This document shows, piece by piece, positions 18,989-28,840 of a stretch of DNA of 64,000 bases. A program made the position numbers and the translations under genes. The first letter of the stretch is position 1. Each line of letters begins with the position of its first letter. The notes under the pieces are model-generated. The model did no database searches, had not been told where the DNA came from, and saw only the letters and a list, made by a program, of their open reading frames with translations. The stretch comes from an uncultured Chloroflexia bacterium (lineage in GTDB: Bacteria; Chloroflexota; Limnocylindria; Limnocylindrales; CSP1-4). The stretch spans positions 724,713-788,712 of the forward strand of contig CAWEKG010000002.1 of the NCBI GenBank assembly GCA_963809595.1. The letters run 5' to 3'.

Positions 18989-19063
18989 TGGTGAGCCGGG
19001 GGAGATTCGAACTCCCAACCGAGTGCTTAAGAGGCACTTGCTCTGCCGTTGAGCTACCGGCCC
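18989..19063 (-). tRNA. tRNA-Lys: tRNA-Lys (anticodon CTT), CCA encoded
   Basis: I folded it by hand: acceptor GGGCCGG/CCGGCTC (one G-U pair), D stem GCTC/GAGC, anticodon stem AGTGC/GCACT with loop CTCTTAA, T arm GGGAG-TTCGAAT-CTCCC, then A-CCA. Confidence 0.9.
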
Positions 19064-19094
19064 GGGCGAATGGTACCGCAAGCGGACGCTCCGG

Positions 19095-19688
19095 TCAGGA
19101 GGTCCCCACCGGCAGACCCAGATCGCGGCGCACCAGGGTCGAGGCGTCGGCCGCGGTCGAGGATGCCGCGATGTAGTCGCGGAGCTGGGCGTCGAGCGCC
19201 TCGAGCGTCTTCGCCTCGACGGCGCGATCCTCCAGGGCGATCAGCGCGGTCTCGGCCTCGAGCAGCTTCTTCACGTCGCTCTCCATCCCGGCCGGGAAGG
19301 CGATCGCCCTGACGGCGGTCACGAACTCTCGCTCGGCCACCGAGGCGGCCCGGAAGAAGGCCTGACCGCCGGCGACATCGCGGACGTTGAAGACCGGGTA
19401 CGTCCGGTACGCCAGGTCGACGGCGGCGTTCACCCGGTCGGCGGCCGCCGCGAAGTCGGCTCCCGCCGAGGCCGTCAGCGGATCGGAGGCCCACGGTCGA
19501 GGGGTCGCGCCGATCGTGGGGCTCGGCGCGGTCGTGGGACCCTCCGACGCGGGCAGCGGCGAGGCATCCGCCCCCGACGTGACGGTCGCCGCGGTCGGTG
19601 CTGAGGGCGCGGGCGTCCCGGTCGTCGCGGCGCAGCCCCAGGTAAGGGCGGCGAGGGCCAGCAGGGCGACGAGGCGGGTCGGGCGCAT
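19095..19688 (-). CDS. putative lipoprotein
   Basis: MRPTRLVALLALAALTWGC is a signal peptide with a lipobox. A Pro/Thr/Ala linker and an alpha-helical domain follow. The start is ATG 19688, inside the longer artefactual ORF 19095..20798. Confidence 0.7.
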   Translation of the reverse strand: MRPTRLVALLALAALTWGCAATTGTPAPSAPTAATVTSGADASPLPASEGPTTAPSPTIGATPRPWASDPLTASAGADFAAAADRVNAAVDLAYRTYPVFNVRDVAGGQAFFRAASVAEREFVTAVRAIAFPAGMESDVKKLLEAETALIALEDRAVEAKTLEALDAQLRDYIAASSTAADASTLVRRDLGLPVGTS

Positions 19689-19705
19689 CCTGACGATCGG
19701 GTCGA

Positions 19706-21238
19706 TCAGTCCGGCTGGTTGTCGATCTGGGCTCGCTGGAGCCGGCCGCTGAAGTCGATGTAGATCGCCTTCCATTCGGTGTACGTGTCGAGCGCGGCGT
19801 GGCCGGCCTCGCGATGGCCGTTGCCCGTCGCCTTCGTCCCGCCGAACGGGAGATGGGTCTCCGCGCCGATCGTGCCGGCGTTGACGTAGACGATCCCGGT
19901 CTCGAAGTCGCGCATCGCCCGGAAGGCCGTGTTCGCGTCGCGGGTGAAGATCGACGACGACAGCCCATAGCGGGTCTGGTTGAGGGCGGTGACCGCCGCC
20001 GGGTAATCCGGCACCGGGATGACCGAGAGGACCGGCCCGAAGATCTCGTCCTGGGCGATCGTGTCCATCGGCTTCACCCCGGCGAAGATCGTCGGCTCGA
20101 AGAAGTGGCCGTGCTCGAGACCGGGTCCGCCGGCCCGGGCGCCCCCAGCGACGAGCTCGCCCTCCCGGCGCCCGACATCGATGTAGCCGGCGACCTTGGC
20201 CAGGGCGGCCGCGTTGACCAGCGGCCCGACGTCGGTGGTCGGCTCGAGTCCCGATCCGAGCCGGAGCTTGCCGACCCGGGCCTCGAGGCGCTCCAGGAGG
20301 GGCTCCACGACCGCCTCCTGGACGATGACCCGCGAGCAGGCCGTGCAGCGCTGTCCGGTCGTCCCGAAGGCCGACCAGAGGATGCCGTCGGTGGCCAGGT
20401 CCAGGTCCGCATCGGCAAGGACGACGATCCCGTTCTTGCCGCCGAGCTCCAGGCTGACCCGCTTGAGCCGGCGTGCCGCATGTTCGGCGATCCGCCGTCC
20501 GGTGGCCGTGTTGCCGGTGAAGCTGATGACCGGGACGTCCGGGCTCTCGACGATCGCATCGCCGACCTCGGCCCCCGACCCGGTGACGAGGTTGACGGTC
20601 CCCGCCGGGAAGCCGGCCTCGGCCATCAGCTCGACGAGGAGCGTGGCGCAGTGGGGCGTGTCGCTCGACGGCTTGAGGACGACCGTGTTCCCGGTCACCA
20701 GGGCCGGCATCATCTTCCAGCAGGGGATGGCCATCGGGAAGTTCCAGGGGGTGATGATCCCGGCCACCCCGATCGGCTGGCGGATGCTCATCGCCCACTT
20801 GTCGGGCAGCTCCGAGGGGGTCGTGTCGCCGAACATCCGGCGGCCCTCGCCGGCCATCAGGAAGGCGATGTCGATCCCCTCCTGGACGTCGCCCCGGGCC
20901 TCGGCCAGGACCTTGCCCATCTCCCGGGTCATCGCCCGGGCGAGCCGCTCCTTGTGGTCGGCCATGAGATGTCCGAAGCGATAGAGGATCTCGCCGCGTT
21001 TCGGGGCCGGGGTCGCCCGCCAGCCGGGGAAGGCCAGCTCGGCGGCCCGGATCGCGCGGGCGGCGTCGGCCGCGTTGCCGGCCTGGAACCGCCCGACGAC
21101 GTCACGGGTGTCGGCCGGGTTCACGCTCTCGAACGTCCGGCCGGTGGCCGACTCGACCCACTCGCCGGCGATGAACAGCCGGAAGGTCGGGGTCTCGCCG
21201 CCCGGGGCGGCCGGCGTCGGGATCGCGGTCTCGGTCAT
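19706..21238 (-). CDS. NAD(P)-dependent aldehyde dehydrogenase
   Basis: FTGNTATGRRI, LELGGKN (catalytic Glu) and GQRCTACSR (catalytic Cys). The start is ATG 21238, 1 nt after the thiolase stop. Confidence 0.9.
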   Translation of the reverse strand: MTETAIPTPAAPGGETPTFRLFIAGEWVESATGRTFESVNPADTRDVVGRFQAGNAADAARAIRAAELAFPGWRATPAPKRGEILYRFGHLMADHKERLARAMTREMGKVLAEARGDVQEGIDIAFLMAGEGRRMFGDTTPSELPDKWAMSIRQPIGVAGIITPWNFPMAIPCWKMMPALVTGNTVVLKPSSDTPHCATLLVELMAEAGFPAGTVNLVTGSGAEVGDAIVESPDVPVISFTGNTATGRRIAEHAARRLKRVSLELGGKNGIVVLADADLDLATDGILWSAFGTTGQRCTACSRVIVQEAVVEPLLERLEARVGKLRLGSGLEPTTDVGPLVNAAALAKVAGYIDVGRREGELVAGGARAGGPGLEHGHFFEPTIFAGVKPMDTIAQDEIFGPVLSVIPVPDYPAAVTALNQTRYGLSSSIFTRDANTAFRAMRDFETGIVYVNAGTIGAETHLPFGGTKATGNGHREAGHAALDTYTEWKAIYIDFSGRLQRAQIDNQPD

Positions 21239-21239
21239 G

Positions 21240-22478
21240 TCACACCCTCTCGAAGGCCATGGCCACCGAGCCGCCGCCGCCCAGGCAGAGAGTCGCCAGG
21301 CCGTAGCGACCACCGCGGCGGCGGAGCTCGTGGAGGAGCGTCGCGACGACCCGGGCGCCACTCGCCCCGATCGGATGGCCGAGCGCGATCGCCCCGCCGT
21401 TGACGTTGACCTTCGACCAGTCGAAGTCGAGCTGGCGGCCGTCGGCCAGGACCTGGGCGGCGAAGGCCTCGTTGATCTCGACCAGGTCGAAGGCCTCGAT
21501 CGGCAGCTCGATCCGCTCGAGGAGCTTGCGGACGCCTTCGACCGGGGCCAGGAAGAGCCACTTCGGCTCGACCTCGGCCTGGGCGTAGCCGACGATCCGG
21601 GCGAGCGGCTCGAGGTCGAGCAATTCGACTGCCCGCTCGCTGGCGACGACGGTGGCGGCGGCGCCGTCGGTGATGCCGGGCGCATTCCCGGCGGTGACCG
21701 AGCGCTCGGGGAGGGGCTCGCCGCCCTCCGGCTCGGGCAGCGCGAAGGCCGGCCGGAGCTTGCCCAGCGCCTCGACGCTCGTGTCGCGACGCGGGCCCTC
21801 GTCCACCCGGACGACGGTCTCGCGGCCCTTGGCGTCCCGGACGGTCAGCGGGACGAGCTCGGCGTCGAACCGGCCGGCGTCGATCGCCTCGATCGCCCGA
21901 CGATGGCTCTCGTAGGCGAAGGTGTCCTGGTCGGCCCGGCTCACCCCGTCGTGGGCGGCCACCCGCTCGGCGTGGGTGCCCATGTGACAGTCCTCGGTGG
22001 CGCACCACAGCCCGTCGAGGACGGTGGCGTCCTTGACCACCCCGTCGCCCAGGCGATACCCGAACCGGGCATTCGGCAGGAGGTAGGGAGCCAGGTTCAT
22101 GCTCTCCATCCCGCCGGCCACCGCGATCTCGGCGTCGCCGGCCCGGATCTCTGCCGCGGCGAGCATGATCGCCTTGAGACCCGAGCCGCAGACCCGGTTG
22201 ATCGTGGTGGCGCTGGTGGTGACCGGGAGACCGGCCCGGAGGACCGCCTGGCGGGCCGGTGCCTGGCCGGCCCCGGCCTGGAGGACCTGGCCCATGAGGA
22301 CCTCGTCGATCGGCGTCCCCTCGGGCAGGCCGGCTCGCTCGACGGCCGCCCGGATCGCGGCCGCGCCCAGCTCGACCGCGGGCGTATCGGCGAACGCGCC
22401 CCCGAACTTGCCGATCGGCGTGCGGGCCGCGCTGACGATGAAGACGTGGCCGTCGCGGCCGGCGTGGAGGTCGGGCAT
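21240..22478 (-). CDS. acetyl-CoA C-acetyltransferase (thiolase II)
   Basis: VSAARTPIGKFGG, NRVCGSGLKA (active-site Cys), and C-terminal NGGAIALGHPIGASGAR and CLGGGG. Confidence 0.92.
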   Translation of the reverse strand: MPDLHAGRDGHVFIVSAARTPIGKFGGAFADTPAVELGAAAIRAAVERAGLPEGTPIDEVLMGQVLQAGAGQAPARQAVLRAGLPVTTSATTINRVCGSGLKAIMLAAAEIRAGDAEIAVAGGMESMNLAPYLLPNARFGYRLGDGVVKDATVLDGLWCATEDCHMGTHAERVAAHDGVSRADQDTFAYESHRRAIEAIDAGRFDAELVPLTVRDAKGRETVVRVDEGPRRDTSVEALGKLRPAFALPEPEGGEPLPERSVTAGNAPGITDGAAATVVASERAVELLDLEPLARIVGYAQAEVEPKWLFLAPVEGVRKLLERIELPIEAFDLVEINEAFAAQVLADGRQLDFDWSKVNVNGGAIALGHPIGASGARVVATLLHELRRRGGRYGLATLCLGGGGSVAMAFERV

Positions 22479-22479
22479 G

Positions 22480-22946
22480 ACCCGATGCTACAACGCCGGG
22501 GGGCTGGTGGCTGGAGACAGCAGGACCCGAGTCGGGCGGCCGGCGTGAGCCGGGCCAACGTCTCGAGGGTCGGGCGGCGGTCACCTGACCAGCGTCTCCC
22601 TCGACTCGGTGCGAGCCATCGGCGCGGCGCTCGACATCAGAGTCGACCTCGTCGCGCGGTGGCGTGGCGGCGAGCTCGACCGGCTCGTCAACGCGAGGCA
22701 CTCCGCGCTTCACGAGGCGGTCGCTCGCTCGTTCGTCGGTCTACCCGGGTGGTCGGTCGTGCCCGAGGCGTCGCTCTCGATCTTCGGGGAGCGCGGCGTC
22801 ATCGATCGGTCGGGGTGGTCGCCGCACTGTCGTTCCTGCCATACGCACACGACGGGGACCTTCGCCGGGGTCTCGCCGGCCCGCACCGGGTCAGGCGACG
22901 GTCGGCAGGCCCGATCGCGCCCGTCCCGCATGCCGATCGCCCATGA
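22480..22946 (+). pseudogene. remnant of an XRE-family HTH protein (frameshifted, internally deleted)
   Basis: Three frames together read AGVSRANVSRVGR / HLTSVSLDSVRAIGAALDIRVDLVARWRGGELDRLVNARHSALHEAVARSF...SIFGERGVID / VVAALSFLPYAHDGDLRRGLAGPHRVRR. From memory, this actinobacterial family has about 100 more residues after GERGxID, and they are missing here. Confidence 0.35.
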
Positions 22947-23114
22947 CCGGATCGAATGGCAGGGTCGCGGAACGGGGTCTGCGGCCTGGAGTCGGCGAGC
23001 GTTCACCCGCCGGTCGTATGTCAGGGATCGGGGGCATCATGGTCTGTCGACGCGGAACCCCGGCGCCCTCGCGTCGCCTGCGGAGGTACGCATCGCCGGG
23101 GCTCCAAGGGCGGC

Positions 23115-24311
23115 TCAGCCCGGGCCGGTCCGCTTGAGCAGCTCGTCGGCGACGATCAGCCGGTGGATCTGGTTCGTGCCCTCGTAGATCTGGGCGCCCT
23201 TGGCGTCGCGCATGAGCCGCTCGATCCCGGTCTCGCGCGAGTAGCCGCTCGCGCCGAAGAGCTGGACCGCGTCCGTGGTCACCCGCATCGCGGCGTCGGA
23301 GGCTGTCCACTTGGCCAGCGACGACGCCTCGGCGATCGGCTCGCCGCGATCCTTTGTCGCCGCCGCCTCGCGGGTGAGCGCCCGCGCGGCGGCCACGTCG
23401 CGAGCCATCTCGGCGAGCATGAACCGGAGACCCTGCTGATCGGTCAGCGGTCCCCCGAACGCCTGCCGCTGCCCTAGATAGGCCGCCGAGCGCTCCAGCG
23501 CCGCCTGGGCCAGCCCGACGCAGGCCGCCGCGATCGAGATCCGGCCCTCTCCGAGCGCGGACAGGGCGATCCGGTAGCCCTCCCCCTCCCCGCCGAGACG
23601 GTTCGCAGCCGGGACGGACGCGCCGTCGAAGACGAGCTCGGCGGCCGGACAGGACCGGATCCCCATCTTCTTCTCGTGGGCCCCGAAGCGGAACCCGGGC
23701 GTCCCCTTCTCGAGCAGGAACGCCGTGATGCCGGACCGGCCGCGCGACGGATCGAGCGTCGCGAAGACCAGGTAGCGCTCCGCCTCCGGAGCGTTCGAGA
23801 TCCAGATCTTCGTCCCGGTCAGACGGTACTCCTCGACCTCGTCGGCAGGGGCGGCCTCCGACAGCTCGGCGCCGGAGGGCCCGTGGCGGGTGCCCCGGGT
23901 GCGCAGGGCGGCCGCGTCGGAGCCGGCCGTCGGCTCGGTCAGGCCGAACCCGCCGAGGAGCTCGCCGGCCTGCATCGCCGGCAGCCACCGGGCACGCTGC
24001 TCGTCCGTGCCCCAGGTCACCACCGGGTACTGCGACAGGATGTGAACCGAGAGGCCGATCGCCGCGGCCATGTCCGCCCGGGCGATCTCCTCCATGACCA
24101 GGGTCCAGCCGAGGTAGCTGAACCCGGCCCCTCCCACCGACTCCGGGAACGGCGCCGCGGTCAGCCCGAGCTCGCCCATCCGGGTGAACAGCGAGCGGTC
24201 GAAGCGCTCGGTCTCGTCCCGCTCGGCAGCGCCCGGCGCCAGCTCGCGCTCGGCGAACTCGCGGGCCGTCGCCTGGAGAAGACGCTCCTCCTCCGTGAGC
24301 GGCCAGCTCAC
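23115..24311 (-). CDS. acyl-CoA dehydrogenase (short/branched-chain type)
   Basis: LGGFGLTEPTAGSDAA, KIWISNA and QLFGASGYSRETGIERLMRDAKGAQIYEGTNQI. The GTG start at 24311 overlaps the upstream stop (GTGA). Confidence 0.9.
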   Translation of the reverse strand: MSWPLTEEERLLQATAREFAERELAPGAAERDETERFDRSLFTRMGELGLTAAPFPESVGGAGFSYLGWTLVMEEIARADMAAAIGLSVHILSQYPVVTWGTDEQRARWLPAMQAGELLGGFGLTEPTAGSDAAALRTRGTRHGPSGAELSEAAPADEVEEYRLTGTKIWISNAPEAERYLVFATLDPSRGRSGITAFLLEKGTPGFRFGAHEKKMGIRSCPAAELVFDGASVPAANRLGGEGEGYRIALSALGEGRISIAAACVGLAQAALERSAAYLGQRQAFGGPLTDQQGLRFMLAEMARDVAAARALTREAAATKDRGEPIAEASSLAKWTASDAAMRVTTDAVQLFGASGYSRETGIERLMRDAKGAQIYEGTNQIHRLIVADELLKRTGPG

Positions 24312-25180
24312 GGAACCGGATCCCTCGGGTAGAGGTGGAACCCCTGTCCCGTCTTCTGGCCGAGGTGGCCGGCAGCCACGAGCGACTCGAGGATGGCCGG
24401 CGGCCGGAACTGCTCTCCGCCAAGGCCCTCGTGGAGGACCCGCATGATCCCGAGGCACACATCGAGGCCGATGAAGTCGGCCAGCTCGAGCGGACCCATC
24501 GGGTGGTTGAGGCCGACCTTCGCCCCGGTGTCGATGTCCTCGGCGGTCCCCGTCCCCTCCTCGAACGTCCGCATCGCCTCGGCCAGGAAGGGCATGAGAA
24601 TCCGGTTCACCAGGAAGCCCGGCCGATCCGCGCTGACGATGACCCGCTTGCCCAGGTCGGCGGCGAGGGTCCGGATCGCCGCCTCGGTCGCGTCGTCGGT
24701 CGCCGCGCCACGGATGAGCTCGACGAGGGGCATCACGGGGACCGGGCTGAAGAAGTGCATCCCGACGAATCGAGGGCGCCGGGCCGGGGCCAACGCCGCG
24801 GCCAGGCGATCGATCGAGATCGAGCTCGTGTTCGTGGCGAAGATGGAGGCCGGGCCGGCCTCCTCGTCGAGCAGGTTCCACAGCGCCGTCTTCACGTCGA
24901 GGTCCTCGAAGACCGCCTCGACGACAAGATCGGCATCGGCCGCCGCGGCCAGGTCGTCGGTCGCCCGGATCCGGGCGAGGGTGGCGTCGCGCTCCGGGCC
25001 CTCGAGCCGGCCCTTGGCGACGGATCGCTCGAGGTTCGCCGCGATCCGCTCCCGCCCTGCGGTCGCCCGGACGAGCTGGGGCTCGTAGAGGCTGACTGTC
25101 TTGCCGATCGCCGCGTGGACCTGGGCGATCCCGTGGCCCATCAGTCCCGCCCCGGCAACGAAGACCCGCTCGATCGTCAT
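24308..25180 (-). CDS. 3-hydroxybutyryl-CoA dehydrogenase
   Basis: Rossmann motif VFVAGAGLMGHGIAQV. Also FFSPVPVMPLVEL and NRILMPFLAEA. It has an ATGA overlap with meaB. Confidence 0.9.
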   Translation of the reverse strand: MTIERVFVAGAGLMGHGIAQVHAAIGKTVSLYEPQLVRATAGRERIAANLERSVAKGRLEGPERDATLARIRATDDLAAAADADLVVEAVFEDLDVKTALWNLLDEEAGPASIFATNTSSISIDRLAAALAPARRPRFVGMHFFSPVPVMPLVELIRGAATDDATEAAIRTLAADLGKRVIVSADRPGFLVNRILMPFLAEAMRTFEEGTGTAEDIDTGAKVGLNHPMGPLELADFIGLDVCLGIMRVLHEGLGGEQFRPPAILESLVAAGHLGQKTGQGFHLYPRDPVP

Positions 25181-26199
25181 CGCGTCTCCTCCCGGCCGAT
25201 GGCCGTCAGCAGCCGGTCGGCCGCGGCGAAGGGATCCAGCTCGTGATCGGCCACCGCCCGCAGGGTCGCCGCCGCCTCGGTCGAGAGACCCGGCCCGCGG
25301 AGCCGGTCGGCCACCCGCTCGGCGAGGATCGCCCGGACCTGGGCATCGGCCCGGACCAGCCGGGCCGACGAGCCGCGCGACCCGCCGTCCTCCCCGCGGA
25401 TCGTCGAGCGGTGCCGGTCGAGCGCGGCCAGGAGCTCGGGCACGCCCTCACCGGTCGCCGCGGTCGTGACGAGGACCTCGGGCCGCTTCGGACGAGGCCG
25501 CTCGACCGGAACCCCGGGATCCGCCCGACCCACCGCCGCGACCGGGACGGCGACGAGCATGGCCCGGAGCTGGGCCGCGGTCCGCTGGGCGCCCGGACGG
25601 TCGCCCTTGTTGACGACCACGAGGTCGGCCACCTCGAGGAGCCCGGCCTTGATCGCCTGGATCTCGTCGCCCATCTCGGGCGCCTCCAGGACGACGGTGG
25701 TGTCGGCCGACGAGGCGACCTCGACCTCGCTCTGGCCGGTGCCGACGGTCTCGACCAGGATGAGGTCGAAGCCGACCGCGTCGAGGACGGCGCAGGCAGC
25801 CCCGGTCGTCGAGGCCAGCCCGCCGGCATGGCCGCGCGCCGCCATCGAGCGGATGAACACGTCGCGGTCCCCGGCGTACGCCTGCATCCGGACCCGGTCG
25901 CCGAGGATCGCCCCACCGGTGATCGGGCTGGACGGATCGACCGCGACCACGGCGACCGGCCGGCCCGCCCTGCGGACCTCGGCGATGAGGGCCGCGACCA
26001 GGGTGGACTTGCCCGCGCCGGGTGGCCCGGTGATACCCACGAGATGGGCCCGGCCGGCCGTCGGGTAGAGGGTCCGGAGCGCGGCTTCGGCGACCGGGGT
26101 CCGGTTCTCGATCGCGGTCAGCAGCCGGGCCAGCGCCCGACGGTCACCGCCCAGCGCGGCGTCGGCCAGCTCGGTCGCACGGGCCGCCGCAGCCTCCAC
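25177..26199 (-). CDS. meaB: methylmalonyl-CoA-mutase-associated G3E GTPase (MeaB/ArgK family)
   Basis: P-loop GITGPPGAGKSTL, then GGAILGDRVRM and VVVNKGD. The start is taken at GTG 26199, 1 nt after the upstream TAG. The ORF-track start 26226 would overlap the upstream gene by 26 nt. Confidence 0.85.
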   Translation of the reverse strand: MEAAAARATELADAALGGDRRALARLLTAIENRTPVAEAALRTLYPTAGRAHLVGITGPPGAGKSTLVAALIAEVRRAGRPVAVVAVDPSSPITGGAILGDRVRMQAYAGDRDVFIRSMAARGHAGGLASTTGAACAVLDAVGFDLILVETVGTGQSEVEVASSADTTVVLEAPEMGDEIQAIKAGLLEVADLVVVNKGDRPGAQRTAAQLRAMLVAVPVAAVGRADPGVPVERPRPKRPEVLVTTAATGEGVPELLAALDRHRSTIRGEDGGSRGSSARLVRADAQVRAILAERVADRLRGPGLSTEAAATLRAVADHELDPFAAADRLLTAIGREETR

Positions 26200-26200
26200 G

Positions 26201-26605
26201 CTAGTCGCGCGGACGGGCGTTCGCACGCAGGAACGTCGCGACCTCGCCGATCGTCGTGCCCGGACCGAAGACCGCCGCCACGCCGGCCGCCTTGAGGGCC
26301 GGGACGTCGTCGTCGGGGATGATCCCGCCGGCGGTGACCAGGGTGTCGTCCAGCCCCTCCGCGCGGAGCAGCTCGCAGATCCGCGGCAGCAGGGTCATGT
26401 GGGCGCCCGACAGGATCGACAGGCCGACGACGTCGACGTCCTCCTGGAGGGCGGCAGTGGCGATCATCTCGGGTGTCTGACGGAGGCCGGTGTAGACGAC
26501 CTCGAAGCCCTCGTCGCGGAGACCCCGGGCCAGGACCTTCGCCCCCCGGTCGTGCCCGTCGAGCCCGGGCTTGGCGATGAGGACCTTGATCGGTCGATCG
26601 GTCAT
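26201..26605 (-). CDS. acyl-CoA mutase small subunit (cobalamin-binding domain)
   Basis: B12-binding signature [13 protein letters not shown] (DxHxxG), then SILSGAH and GGIIP. The start is ATG 26605 (MTDRPIKVL). Confidence 0.9.
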   Translation of the reverse strand: MTDRPIKVLIAKPGLDGHDRGAKVLARGLRDEGFEVVYTGLRQTPEMIATAALQEDVDVVGLSILSGAHMTLLPRICELLRAEGLDDTLVTAGGIIPDDDVPALKAAGVAAVFGPGTTIGEVATFLRANARPRD

Positions 26606-26758
26606 GGCCCCATGGTAGCGCCGCCGCATGGCGCGGTGACAGCGCGAAGACGCGCCGAGCGGCCCACCTGGGGGATGGGCCGCTCGGACGCGTGTCGGAT
26701 GCGAGGACCAGGTCGGCGGCCGGACCGGTCGCCCGGCCGCCGACCTCGCGCGCTCGGA

Positions 26759-27903
26759 TCAGTGGCTGATCTTGAGGACCTGGCCGCCGCCGACCGAGAC
26801 GCTCTTGTTCGTGACGTAGATCGCCCCGTCACGGGCGACCGCCACGTCGCCGGGCAGGGTCAGCCGACCCGGCACGAGCTCGGTCTTGGCGCCGTGCTTG
26901 ACCTTCCACAGCGCGCCGACGGTGTCGGTCCCGGTGAACCAGTTGAAGACACCGCTCTTGACCATCTCGACCACGTAGAGGCTGCCGTCGCGACCGAAGG
27001 CCATCCCCGTGATCGAGGTGAAACCGTCCATGAACAGGGTGCACGGACCGCTCGTCGCGGTCGGGTCGCAGGTGACGTTGCGCGCCCACGGCGCGATCCG
27101 CCAGATCCGCGAGGTGCCCGGCGTGAACGGGAAGCCCTTGAGCTCGCCGACGTACCAGAAGCCGTCGGGTCCCACCGCGACCGTCGTCGGCACGGCCTCG
27201 GCCGGGACGGCGTCCGGGAGGGCGTTGAACGGCGGGACCGGGGGCAGGGCGGCCGTGCTGATGACCTCGTTGGGGAAGCGGGCGATCGTCGCGATCCGGC
27301 GGTTGCCCTTGACCAGGAGGAGGTCGTTCCCGCCGGCATCGGTGACCAGCAGCCGCCCGTCACCGAGCGCGGCGATCCCGTACGGGTTCGAGTCGGTCGG
27401 GTTCGGGGGCTGGTCGAGGTCGGTGAGGTCGGGGTCGGTCACCTGATACGCCGCGATGTTGGCGTAGACCCGACCCGGATGCGGCCGAAGACGCATGACC
27501 GTCCCGAACCGCTTGTTGACGTCCTGCGGTCCGCCGCCGATCAAGGCGAAGGCGTTGCCCGCGCCGGTGAGCGCGACGTTGACCGGTCCGGTGACCTCGC
27601 CTTCGTCGCTGATCATCGAGGGCAGACCGCGGACCAGCGTCCGCGCGTGGCCGAAGCGGATCTCGACGATCTTGCCGCTGGTGCCGTAGCCGTCCGGACC
27701 CGAGCCGCCCTTGCCGGCGACCGCCACGAGGACCCGGCCGTCCCGTCCGACGGTGATCCCGCGCGGGTTGTCGAGCCCGCGGGCCACGACCCGGACGTGC
27801 AGTCCGGAGGGACTGTGCGCAGCTGCCGGAGCGACCAGGCTCGCCGAGGCGAGGATGACCGCGGCGCCGGCGATGAGGATCGGCCTGGTGGAGCGATGGG
27901 GCA
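26759..27903 (-). CDS. secreted beta-propeller protein (ScyD/ScyE-like)
   Basis: Signal peptide MPHRSTRPILIAGAAVILASASLVAPAAA. Repeated blade motifs (LDNPRGITVGRDGRVLVA, NPYGIAALGDGRLLVTD, GMAFGRDGSLYVVE). The start is ATG 27903, inside the longer ORF 26759..28459. Confidence 0.65.
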
Positions 27904-28110
27904 TCGGTAGCCCTCCAGTGCGCGACGGGCCGACGGGAACTTCGTGTGACGCGCCCGGCGGCCCGGTCTCCGGCGCGTCCTGGTCCCGGAAGAGGACAGC
28001 GTGGCACTCCGGTGGGGTCGGAGGCAACCCGAACCTCCGCGCGCCGGTGCGTCCACGCAACACCGAATGCCGTTCCGCGAGTCCCGCCGACGACGCCGGC
28101 CTGGACCGGC

Positions 28111-28788
28111 TCAGGCGCCGGGCGCCCTCCGCTCGAGGTGAGCCAGGAACTCCGCCCGGGTCTTGTCGCGCGAGCGGAAGAGGCCGAGCACGGCGCTCGT
28201 CGTCATGACCGTCCCCGGCTTGCGGACGCCCCGCATCGAGGCGCACAGGTGGGTCGCCTCGAGGACCACGCCGACGCCCTGCGGCTCGAGGTTGTCCTGA
28301 AGGAAGTCGGCGATCTGCTGAGTCAGCCGCTCCTGGACCTGGAGCCGTCGGGCGTACATCTCCACGACCCGGGGGATCTTGGAGAGACCCAGGACCCGGC
28401 CTTTCGGGATGTAGGCCACGGCGGCGGCCCCGAAGAAGGGCAGGAGATGGTGCTCGCACAGGGAATAGAACGGGATGTCCTTGACGACGACCATCTCCGA
28501 GTAGTCCTCGTCGAAGATCGCTCCGTTGACCAGTCGGGCCGGATCGACGTGGTAGCCCGCGGTCAACTCGATGTACATCCGGTGGACCCGGGCCGGGGTG
28601 CCGACCAGCCCTTCCCGGTCGGGGTCCTCGCCGATCTCGGCCAGGATCTCGCGGACCGCGGCTTCCACCCGTCCGTTGCCGCCCGGCTCGCGGAGCGAGG
28701 CGCCCTCGATCGCGGTCGTCGGCTCCTCGCCGATCTCGGTCTCGATCTCGGCGACGATCCGCTGGACGTGCTCGGGCAGGTCGGTCAT
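28111..28788 (-). CDS. folE: GTP cyclohydrolase I
   Basis: [35 protein letters not shown] and [10 protein letters not shown]. Confidence 0.93.
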   Translation of the reverse strand: MTDLPEHVQRIVAEIETEIGEEPTTAIEGASLREPGGNGRVEAAVREILAEIGEDPDREGLVGTPARVHRMYIELTAGYHVDPARLVNGAIFDEDYSEMVVVKDIPFYSLCEHHLLPFFGAAAVAYIPKGRVLGLSKIPRVVEMYARRLQVQERLTQQIADFLQDNLEPQGVGVVLEATHLCASMRGVRKPGTVMTTSAVLGLFRSRDKTRAEFLAHLERRAPGA

Positions 28789-28840
28789 GGGTCTCCTTCG
28801 TGGGGGCGATGGTAGCGCGAGCCGGCCCGGGACCCCGCCC

